From Octopus sinensis (Eukaryota), in contig NC_043000.1 in the NCBI RefSeq assembly GCF_006345805.1, positions 125,302,001 through 125,366,000 of the forward strand: a stretch of 64,000 bases of DNA, in the 5' to 3' direction. The number at the start of each line of letters is the position of its first letter. The stretch's first letter is position 1. Below the pieces are notes generated by a model. The model saw only the letters and a list, made by a program, of their open reading frames with translations. It was not told where the DNA came from and made no database searches. Below, one piece after another: positions 52,501 through 64,000 of this stretch. A program made the position numbers and the translations under genes.

Positions 52501-52800
52501 AGGTAATGTTTGTCACCACTTCAACATGGTGGTTCCGTATGAACTGATGTTACTATCATTTTAACCCCAGGAGGACGCCTCCTGCTGGTTATTTGATGAA
52601 ATCTGCACCCCAATATTTATTGCAAGCAGGTGGGGGCAGACTCCTACCATCTTCTAGCAATGCTTCCCTGCTTTGTAATATATATCAGGTGCAGATTACA
52701 TCAATAACCAGCTAGAGGAGGCATCCCCTTGGTATTAAAATATGGTTGTAACATTGGTTTATATGGAGCGACCATGTTGAAGTGGTGACAAGCATTACTT
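52501..52800. repeat. Foldback inverted repeat, ~120-bp arms with a ~35-nt spacer
   Basis: ttgtcaccacttcaacatggt...atctgcacc...aagcagg versus cctgcttt...ggtgcagat...accatgttgaagtggtgacaa. Confidence 0.88.
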
Positions 52801-53439
52801 CTCAGTATAGTTACAACTTTCACCTCTTATAGAGATTTACTAACTAGCTACTTTGCTTGTTGTATTATGGAAATTTTTAATTTAAAATCTCAGGTAGGTT
52901 TGTATTAAGATGGTTAACAATCTGCACTGTTTTGGTACAGTTCATTTTTTTAATTGTATTAAAAGGGAAATATAGCCATGCAACTGGGGATGGGGAGTAG
53001 CCCTTCCCCTCTTTTCCTTTTTATAAATATTGATTTGAATTGAGGTGAAAACAGTATTACTAAATCAATATTTTATATGGGTTTGCTTGATCAGATTTAA
53101 AAAAAAAATCCTATAATTTGTGCCAGCCTAGATGATATCTGTAAATATATGGTCAAAATAAAATTGTTATTGGAGATTTTAATAATGAATTTAAAAACGA
53201 TATTGGTTCTCCTGAAATCTTTACAGATATGAAATATGAGGCTATTTAAGGATTTTTTTGTTTTTTGTTTTTCAGAATAGTATATGTTTTGACATTCTTC
53301 ACTGTAATGTTAACAATTGCCTTCTCCAGGTAGGCTTGAAGCATATAGTCTGTGATTTTTAGGTGGAGCTGTGGTTCTCAACCATTTTTTTGCCTATGGA
53401 CCCTTTTGGTTCCTTTTTTACTCTCTTGGACTTTTGTAG

Positions 53440-53552
<113 letters not shown>

Positions 53553-56500
53553 CTTACTGTAATTTTTATAAATATTAGAGGAATCATCATAAAAGCAAAA
53601 AATATTTTGTGTATTGTAAAACTATATTCAATTAGTTGCTCATGAATTTCAACAAAATCTTGCATAGAACCCCAGTTGAGAAATATCATTTGTGATATAG
53701 GTTAAGATGGCTCTGACAGAATAGAAATTTAAGATTCTACTTACCAGGCTTGTATTTTATTGTTTATGGTCCTTGATATATTGTAGTTGCATCTATCATA
53801 CATCATTTTAATGTCCACTTTTCCATGCCTTCATGGACCAGGCAGAATTCGTTGAGATGAATTTTCTCTGATCAAATGCCCCTTCCTGTTGCCAACCCTC
53901 ATCTGCTCCCAAGCAAGGTAATTTCCCTCCATCTCTGGACATGTCACAGAAGATGGGAAACCAATGACAACACTTGTATGACATTTACTCATTAACCATT
54001 ATTGCTCAATGTCAACACAAGCAAACACTGACACCCCCCTCCCCATTTATATATATAAATTTTTTTTCAGGTCCCACCTATCAAATTCACTCAGGGCTTT
54101 GGCCAGCTTTGATCTATTGTAGTAGACTTGAACTTAAAACTATGTGATTGGAAAGAACTTGTTAGCCATGGAAAAGTGAAAAAAAAAGTCTCTGATGAAA
54201 GAAAAAAAACTATTGTGAAATTTTTCTAGCTTCCTATCTAAATTTGCGATGAATTATATTAAATTCCTTTGACAACTGAGATAAAATATTCATCATTAAC
54301 AACAGTTATTTCTTTGGTTATTCATTCTGTGTGATTTACACTAGTTACCTCACTTAACTCTCATATGGATTCAGTTGTTTTGTGCCATCTACTTGAGTAT
54401 TCAATCAGCTTTGATGGAACCTTGTCACTGCTAACCTAACAAACAATAGTTTACATCAGTTGCTATGGCTCACTGTATTGAGTAGAAATGTTTAATCATC
54501 CTGTTTAGAGGACAATGCAGAAGATAAATAGAAAACTTGTGGAATATTTCCTTTTGAGGAATATTATCAAATCTTGGTGTTTTATTTTTATGAAGCTGAT
54601 AGTATCAATGACGTATTTTAGTGTACACTGTTCTCAGGTCATTGCCCAGAAATTGATTGCAGTAACCTTCATATAACTCTAACTTTTACTCAGAACTGGA
54701 ATTTCTAAATTTGGCATTTCAACTGTGCACCAGTCTTGTGTGATGATACAGCTGAAAATATATTGATGTATTGTAAATCTATAATGTAATATTTTTAAAT
54801 ATTCTGAATTACCTTTTGTTTGTTTGCGAATAATTCATTTTAAATGCAACTAGTTGTCAGGTCTTGAATTTAATGCTACTTCAAGGTTGCAGTTGTGTTA
54901 AGGAATGTAAAATAATTATTTGGAAACTAAGGAAAGCTAAGCTATTGCAATTGTTTTTTTTTTTTTTTTTCCTTGCAATCTACTAACTCAGTGGATTTCA
55001 AAGAGCATACATCAACATGCTATCAGGAATTTTGTCATTAAAAAGTATCTAGGTAAAAGATATGCTTTATTTATAAATTTAAAAAAATGTTTTATCAAAT
55101 TTTAATTTGAACTTAGGTTGAAACTAGTTTCTTTTATTTTTCCTTTAAAATCCTTTTACTGATGCAAAGGACTGTTTTTCTATTTTCTTTGAGTAAAGCA
55201 TGCAGAATAACTTGCAAAGCCCTGAAGCATAATACAGTTTTTATGTATGCCATAAGTCTTCTGTATTAATCACATTTTACATACTGCATGAAATATATAT
55301 AAACATGCTATGAATAAGTGATGCATATTTAATGTACAAGCTCCATATGTTCATAATAGTGAAAACAAATGTCTTTATTGAGAGTTGTAGAATTAACTGC
55401 ATAGTGCTTACAATAATAATAATAATAAAAAACAATAGCAACAAAACTTATCCAACCCACATCAGTTGTATAAAATTCACAAATATTATATAAAAATGCT
55501 TTGTATAAATTTTTAACAATGATAGAATTGAATGGAATTCTATAATATATAACATATTTATCAAACAATTCAGTATGTGAAATTCTAGGTAATGATTTAT
55601 AACTAAACAATGTTCGCTGTAAAAATTTAAACTCCCAAATCTTCTACTGGCCATGAAGTGATAGTTCCATCTTTTATGAACTTGTATAGTTTTTCTGTTA
55701 GTTGGTATTTCAAATCTTGCTTAATACCATTCTGGTTATGAACCTTTTTTTTTTTTTTTTTTTTTTTATACATATGTTCTAAGCATATAGATTTTAAGTT
55801 AGTTTCCCTTTATTGACCTTGAATATGGAGGATCTTATCATTTAACATTTGTTTTCCATGCTGGCATGGGTTGGATGATTTGACTGGAGCTGGTAAGGCC
55901 AGGGGTGTCACTAGGCTCCATTGTCTGTCCTGGTATGGTTTCTATGCCTGGATGCCCTTCTTAATGCCAGGGCCACTCCACAGAGTGTACTGGGTGCTTT
56001 TTATATGACACCATCACCACTCAAAACTTGTGGGTACTATTGTACCGATTGAGAACTTTGATAGACCTTGAATTATTGCAAAACTAATGAATATAACTGA
56101 TAATATTTACAACACTGCAGCAGCAAAATGAAAGAGATTCTTCGTAAAGGTAATCTGTTCTGTCTATGCCATAATATGTAAGTTTATCTCATAATAAATC
56201 TTGTAGATTAGTCTAATAAGGAATACCTAAATTTGATTTCTGCAAGCTGGCAGAATGATTATTCTACCAGACCCAAGTTTAAATCCTGTTGAAGTTGTCT
56301 TTCATCCTCTCAGGCTTAATAAAATAAGTATCTGCCGAGCACTGGGGTCAATGTAATTGACTGCCTCCCCCCTAAAAATTTCATGCCTTGAATTACAGTA
56401 GAAAGAATTATTATTAACCCTTTAGCATTCAGATTATATTCTGTCGAATGTAATGCGTATTTATTGAAGGTTTTGAATTGTCATGCATTATCTTGGAATT

Positions 56501-59500
56501 TCAAAATTTCAATTACGTGATTGTTTACTTTGAGAATCTACATAGTAAGGAACGTGGGATAGGCTGAATCTGATCAGTTGAAACCTAAAACGGGTAGAAT
56601 ATTTGGGTTGGATATAGTCAATTTTAATGCTAAAAGGTTAAGGCAGCAAGCTAGTACAAGCATTAGTGTGCTGAACAAAATGCTTGGTGACTTTTCATCC
56701 GACTCTTTATGTTCCGAGTTCAAATTCTGCTGAGATTGACTTTTCCTTTAATCCTTTCAGGGCCAATAAAATAAGTGCCAGCTTAGTATGGGGGGAAATA
56801 TATTCAACTCACCCCCCCCCCCCATTAAGGTTTCAGAGTTTGTGCCTGTCGTAGATTTATTGTCACTGTTGTATGACTTTTCTCATAGTGTATTGGTATT
56901 TTACATGTGAGGCATGAAGATTCGTCTGTAGCTCCTAGCAAAGTATTAGCATTCTTTTTGTTATGAAAATCTGGTTTTCATGACAAACATATAAACTCGG
57001 TCCTTCTCTGGTAACTTTCATTTTTGTCTGTCTTTTTGGTTTCATGTACATAGTCTCTTGGATTCTAAGACTTCATATGCAGCAGCAATTGACTCTTAAC
57101 TTCTCCCTCTTCCTTCCCCTCTTCCTCCCCCTCCCACCCCTATCTCCCCTTCTCTCCCTCATATATATATATATATATATATATGGCATTAATTTTGGAA
57201 TTGCTTCACTAAGTATGGACTACTTTCATAATACTTGATATGAGAATATTTTTATGTGGAGAATTTCCATAGTACATATGGGTGTAGAATATATATGTGT
57301 GTGTAATATGATAAGTGGTCAGTTTAATAGCATATATCCTTTTTATTATCAACCTGCACATAAACTAGGAAATTCAACCCTCTCTCTCATTACTGAGGCA
57401 AAATGCAATGAATGATTTGAGGCAGACTTGGAGCAGATGAAGGGACATCATTGAAGAAGTTGCAAAAATCAACAAAGGTCCTGATAAACTAATTCATTGA
57501 CCAAGCACTGGTTAGTTAATTAACTGTTTCAAAGATTGGCACAAAGCTAGCAATTGAAAACATTTTTTTTTTTAAAAAGGGGCATGTTAGTTACAGCAAC
57601 CCTAATGTTTGAAGGATACTTGTTTTATCGACCCCCAAAAGGATGAAAGGCAAAGTCAACCTCAATAGAATTTGAGCTTGGAATGTAGAGTTGGAAGAAA
57701 TGCCGCTCTCCATTTTGTCTGACATGTGAACAATTCCACCAGCCGATGATCTTAATGATAATACAAAGTGAAATGTGACCAGTGCATGTGTTTCATAAAA
57801 AAAAAAAACTCCCATGGCACATTTATTTCAACACCTGAATTTAAGAAATATATAGAACAAACATGACAAAAAAAAAAAAACAAAAAAACTTTCTTATACT
57901 GACAAAAGGCCACAAAATTCAAAGATAAAGGCTACATTAACTTCATTCTATCACTGGTAATTTTATTGACCAAAGACTGATGACAGGTAAAGTTATATCT
58001 TGGTTAGTGTTTAAAAATTTAAAGGTTGTAACAAAATCTGGTACACTTCACCTAGTGTCCTATTTCTGCCACTCCTACTGTCTTCTACTTGATATAACAT
58101 TAATAATAGCCTCTATAGAGCTATAATCTTGTGTTTATAACTTGTGAATGAAAGTTTTTAACTCTCACAGCACTGATTAAAATGTTGCACAAGCTGGTGA
58201 TGTAACACAATCATATGCAAATCAGTTCTCACAATCTCTTTCTATTGGTTGCTGTAAATAAAATGTGCGTACTATATCATGGAATATGGAGAACTATGGA
58301 AAGTATCCCACTGTAGAAATCAAGTTAACTTTGTTACCGAGCCTCAAGTGAACATGTATGAAACCAAGTACTTTTACTGCCTGTGCATTAAGGGTTAGTG
58401 TAAATTCTGATAGATATAAGTAAGCAATTTGTTGATAGAAAAGAGCAGCTTTGCTATGTTGGACGTTAACCCAATAGCCTATCCTGCTTGTGCTAAGTGA
58501 CTGATGAATTATCTTGTGGAGATAAAATACTATAGTTAAAATACCAGACAAAATATTTAAATTGGCTTCTTTAAGAAGTAATTAATTACTAACGGTGTCT
58601 GTGTCCTGTCAGTGGTCTTGTTCTTATCTGCTGCTTAACCCTTTAACATTCAAATGACTTTATTAACATGGTTTTGAATTAATCAGGCATTATCTTGTAG
58701 TTTTGAGACTGTAATGATGTGATTGCTTATTTTTAGAATGACATTGTAGGATAGGTATGACAAGCTGGATCTTGTTGGTTTGATCATAAAATCCAGTAAA
58801 ATATTTAGGCCAGATATAGGCAGTTTAAATGCTAAAGGGTTAAACTTTGTGCTAATTATGTCTCATACCTGTAGCTTTGTGGTTTTTTTTTTGTACTTTG
58901 AGCTTTAATAGATATAATTATTCAAATATATTAATTCCTGTTACGTACAGGAATTATTTTTCTAATATAGTAATTATATGCAGGTTAATGATTTTTTAGA
59001 ATATTAAAGATCCTGGCAATTTTCATGAATTGGAAATTCAAATATTTCCTAAAGATTTTGTTTCACTTTCTCTCTCTCTCATATGCACACACATTTATAT
59101 CCCAAACAATTTTTTCCTCACATATATTTTTTTGGAATAATGTAGTTGACAATATTCACCTTAGTGCTTCTTAACACCAGACGAGTGAAAAACAACTCTG
59201 GCTAGATTTGAACTACAAACTTAAAGGAATGTAACTGAATAACTATCTACTTTTGTCTGCTATTCTACAGGTTCACTGCTCTTATATTCTAAACAATGTT
59301 ACTAACTAGCTCAATCACCCTGCAGTAACTGGGTCATACAGTAACTTAATTTCAGTAACCACTGAACATCTAATTAATTTTATCAATTTACAATTTTTTT
59401 TTTTCCTGAAAAGAGAAATTGCTAATAATAATTATGTAAAATTTTACTGATGGTTATTCATTGTTCTCTAGTCTTACTTTGAGAATTTTCTATAGGAAAT

Positions 59501-60806
59501 TTTCTCAAGATGTCTGTAAATTTTAATCTATTTAATATTTTTTTTATTATTATTCCATGCAATGAAAGCTAATCATTTTAATTAGACAATGTGTAAATTA
59601 TAAATTAATTTGAAGAGGAAGATTTTTTTATAAATCTAGTTTGGACGATTTTTCCTTCAAAAATAGTTGAACAATGAATTTTATCATCACTGTGATGGAA
59701 CTGATGTGAAAAGGTTTCAGATTGTTATGCACATCTTTTATTTAATTTTTGTTTGTATTATTAAAAAAAAAGATGTTTTGAATAGTTAAAGCTTAATCTG
59801 TATTCATCAGGTACCATGTGCTTCAGCCGATATTGTACTCGTGAATCTATCTTTCTCAAAGCAGATCAGTGTTAGAACCCAGTGTCATAAACAATGCACT
59901 TAATGCTGAATGGAGATTAACCCTTTCAAAATGTTTTTTTTTAATACAAATAAAGGAAAGAGGTGAACAGACTGTAAATTCATTTAATATTAACTGATTG
60001 CAAATTTGTGTAAAAATTATAAAGTTTGTGCAAATGACTGAGCATTGGCCTTGACAGTTGAGTGTTTAATTAGTGATCCATCATGTTTGAGTTCCATTCT
60101 TGTCAGCTTCTGGGTTTAATAAAGTACCAGTAATATATAGGCCTTTTCACTTTTTCTTGTTAGTGAAAAAGAAACAAAAATTAGGTCTTTGGTTCTCAAC
60201 TGGGGTTCACATGACCCTTTGGTGGGAGTCTATAAGATTTTGTAGTAAAAATTTGTGCAATAAATCAGTTATATTTCTACAATACACAAGCTATTTTAGC
60301 AATTTAATAAAATTCCTAATATTTAATTATAAAAATATAACAGAATTTCTTTTAATATTGGTGGGGGCCATAGAATAAAATAGGAATCAAAGGGGTCCAG
60401 AGGCAAAAAATGGTTGAGAAGCAAAATATTAGATTCTTCACTATCTAATATAGATCTAGTATTTGAACTTAAAATTCTAGCGATCTGATCTCATTAAAAT
60501 AATTGGCTTATTTTTTTGTAATATCTTAGCCAAAAGAAGAATAGTAGTGCCCATGACTTTTTACTAGAAGTTCTAAGGCTGCCAGCAGGAAGTTGCCTTC
60601 AGGGCAGAAATCTGAATTGAATACTTGCAGTTGTGTACTCTGCTAAAAGTGACCTGGTTAAACTGAGTGACAGATTGTCATTTAATACCAACCCATCTAA
60701 AACTGCTCCAGGCTCTGATACAAACTCCAAGTTTTACAGTGATTGTTTTGAAAACCTTCCATTAAAATTTCATGTTAATTTGTTCCAACCACCAGCCTAA
60801 TAATTA

Positions 60807-61658
60807 TTGGGTCATCCCATAATGCTTTTTATACTTTTATTTTTCAAAATTAAGATACAGTTCTTTTTTAATCTAAAATATACTCTCCTTCATTTTCTAC
60901 AATGCTCTTCCATCTATCTGGTAGGCTTGATGAAAAATACTCCTAGTACTCTTCTGACTTTGTCTACAGAATTCATATTTTTTCTGTCTAAATGATTTTG
61001 AAGACTGCGGAATAAATGATAATCTGATGGGGCAATGTCTGGTGAAATGGTGGGTGGGGCATTGTTTCCCATTCAAACTGCTCCAGCTTTTGGAATGTCA
61101 CCCTCATTCTATGTGGCCGAGCATTATCCTGATGGATGAACACCTTTTGTCTTGAGACCAAAGATGGTCGTTTTTCGTCTAGTGCTGACTTGAACGACTG
61201 GTTGAATGACCAAATTCAAGCTTCTCTTCTCATTCAACAGTTATGATGGAATTTTCTTTCACCAGGGTTTGCAGGACATCCTTGTTGAACTCTACAGATC
61301 TTCCAGGATGAGGCCTACCTTCTAGGCTGTAGTTTCTGGCTCAGAATTTCTGGAACCACCGTTGACACTGGCTTACGCCTATTGTCCAATCTCCATATAC
61401 TGCATTAATATTTCTTGCACTTTCTGTTGTCTTTATTGAACTCATAAAGCTAAATATGCCAAATATGCTCCTTTGTCACTTCCATTATAGCTTTGAAAAA
61501 ATGACTTAAAATCAAACTGCACTCTTCAAAACTTGCACTAAGAATAAAGACAAATTAAAATTACCTGCTTTTATAGCAAGCTGATGTAGGTAGTTTATCC
61601 CGTCCCCCTCTTTAGTTCATGCAACTGAAAAAACTGCATTATTTATGGGATGACCCAA
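60807..61658 (-). mobile_element. Internally deleted mariner element
   Basis: TIRs ttgggtcatcccataa / ttatgggatgacccaa with TA TSDs. Minus strand MEVTKEHIWHI*LYEFNK...SQCQRWFQKF..GRSVE (HTH) and HQDNARPH...WETMPHPP./PDIAPSDYHLFRSLQNHL (catalytic C-terminus). Confidence 0.9.
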
Positions 61659-62783
61659 TATTTTATAAAATTCCTCGTTTTAAAAAATAATTGAAACCAG
61701 GTCAGTGCATTTCAACAGAAATACGTTAACAAGGGTAAAAGTGATCTAAATTAAATTTTCATTAAAATTTCATGTTAATTTATTTCACTCACTAGCTTAA
61801 TAATGACAGTTAGTAAATTCTTCAATATTTTCAGAAATTATTGAAACGGTCAGTATATTTCAACAGAAATATGGTAATGAAAAAGTTAATAAATACAAGA
61901 ACATGTACATTCTAACCAACAGTATTCTGCACAGTTTCCTTCTACCTTATTTTCTCCATCAACAAGGCTTAGTTTGACTTTTCTTTATTGCAAAAGGAAT
62001 GGCTGGTCTTGTACTGAACCCTGTCCTACTGGTCTTTCCACCTCTCATTATTCTTGGTATGTCCAACTCCTTTACCCCACCCTAACCATTATTTCCCGCC
62101 CTTTCTTCCGAAAACATAGGGCCTTCTGGAATCTTCTCTTCAGTCATGTCTTTCCTACAAGCATTGACCTACATTTTAAACAGTTTACTAGCATCACTCA
62201 TTGGTCCCGGGGAGCCTACAAAAGCCAGTGGGAATGTTCTCCCTCCCTCTAGACTTTACGAATGTCTGTGTGTGCGTGCGTGCGTGTGTGTGATGGTAGT
62301 ATTTCAAGTCTGAGAAAGGTAGCTCTACGATTTCTTGCTGAATCATCTGCAAAAATTTGTTCAGAGTGATCAAATGTTTGTGCTATATATTAGCTCACTT
62401 CCTCCATCAAGTTGACATTACCTATACAGGTGCATGGTGCACCACACACCTGGTGAAATGATTGCAGTGCAAGAAGAGATGAAGTATTTTGCTCAAAAAT
62501 ACAATGCTCCACCTAATCCAGGAATTGAAAGCACGACCTTGCGATTTGAGTACAATATCCTAACCACTAGGCTGTTCCCTCGCACTTGCATGTGCACATG
62601 CCCACTCACACACACCTGGGATTGAACCTAAAACCATATGGGCAATACATGTATCCATGATATTGCAATTTAATCACTTGATAAACCTATGTAATATCTA
62701 TATTACTGTGAGTCATTGGTATATTTTAAACAGTTTCTGTAAAACAAAGCATCACATTAACCACTGTTAATTCTCTTAGATTA

Positions 62784-62816
<33 letters not shown>

Positions 62817-62823
62817 GTGTATG

Positions 62824-62861
<38 letters not shown>

Positions 62862-64000
62862 CATATCTTAGCATGAAAAAGCATAATGATTTAGATATGG
62901 TTTTCTGCTGAGCATATGATGTGAGTGGTTAAAGATTTTGTTCAATTGCAAGTTTCTTATCCTTTGATCTTGCCACTTTCCCATTTAATGGACAATCAGT
63001 TTTTGGCATGAACTTCATTTGTCAATATTCTTGTTTGAAATTCCTGTTTTTGCTTGAAAAGCTAACATAAATTCTTTGGTTAATTTAATTTTAGCAGTCA
63101 GCTTGTTGGCTCCCAAAATATAAGGACCGATGTAATTATAGCAGAAGATTTCTATATAGGAAGGAAAGAGCTCTACTATGAAGAACCATTGGTAATGGGG
63201 AGTTGCTGATTGTCTTAACTATCACAGAAATTTCAAATTATATTTCATATCCACTTGAGAGATGTTATCTGCAGAAACAATTTCTTTATCAGTAACTTTT
63301 CCAAAGTAGATTTAGAATTATGCTTAGAAATATAGTGCTTGGTTGAAGTATTCCTTGGAGGTTGTTGATAATATTGCAACTGAATTTTGGAATTATATTT
63401 TCTTCCTGTTTCCTTTTTACCATCATAAATTTTCCTAGCAGAAAAAAATAATAAAGCGACTTGTTAACCATGTGATTAGGATTTGCAACTTGTTGAGTTC
63501 CAAATCGTTTCATGTAGATGTGATGAGGCTGATAGGGAATTCCTGAAATATGCAATTTTGGGTGTTATAGAAATAAAAATTTCTGTAAAGATATTTTTGT
63601 TGTTTAACCCAAGGTCAGCCCTGACTGAGCATTTATTCAATCAAAGGCATTCCTGTCATTTTTCAATGCATTTAGAACTACATTATCCAATGTATGTATT
63701 CACTTTTTTTTCTATATAAGAAGTTAGGGTGTTATTTGAAGGCAATTTCATTGCTATTTCTAGTTGTCTGGTTACAGATTATGGACTCTCAAACATAAGT
63801 AAAAAAATTTACATTGTAAGGTGTAAATATATTGGTGATTATGCATAAATTGTGTAATGTATATAGATAACATGACAATTGTGGTGCTTGCTACATATAT
63901 TAATTATAAAATACATAGGTTGAAATTGGACTGCGGCTTTGATGGTGGTAGATAGCCATTGTTTGACAATGAGTATTCAGTTATTTAGTCAACTGAGTTA

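Overview
AT-rich, CpG-depleted, microsatellite-dense animal DNA. The SINE families and LINE content point to a coleoid cephalopod, probably Octopus (inference). The only host protein-coding sequence I can support is the 55-nt first coding exon of a kinesin-3/KIF13 gene (46392-46446, + strand, MATDKVKVAVRVRPMNRR then GTGAGT). It sits in a CpG-rich, repeat-poor promoter region with several upstream ORFs. Intron 1 runs past the end of the window, and I found no exon 2. Everything else is transposon debris and tandem repeats: at least four tRNA-type SINE families, decayed RTE, CR1, Tx1 and R4/Dong-type LINEs, a Chapaev3-like transposase relic, a deleted mariner, a Tigger-like element, piggyBac- and hAT-type MITEs, Penelope-like fragments, and 33-bp and 43-bp minisatellites. 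Nearly all ORFs in the track are microsatellite artefacts. I see no new multi-gene system. The most interesting signals are: (1) a SINE that shares its 3' tail with a Tx1-like LINE lying in a (GATA)n tract and repeatedly nests into other SINEs at fixed sites; (2) three minimal hammerhead-ribozyme-like motifs with covarying stems; (3) restriction-like-endonuclease retroelements stacked in (CATA)n; (4) long inverted repeats, one inside the KIF13 intron.
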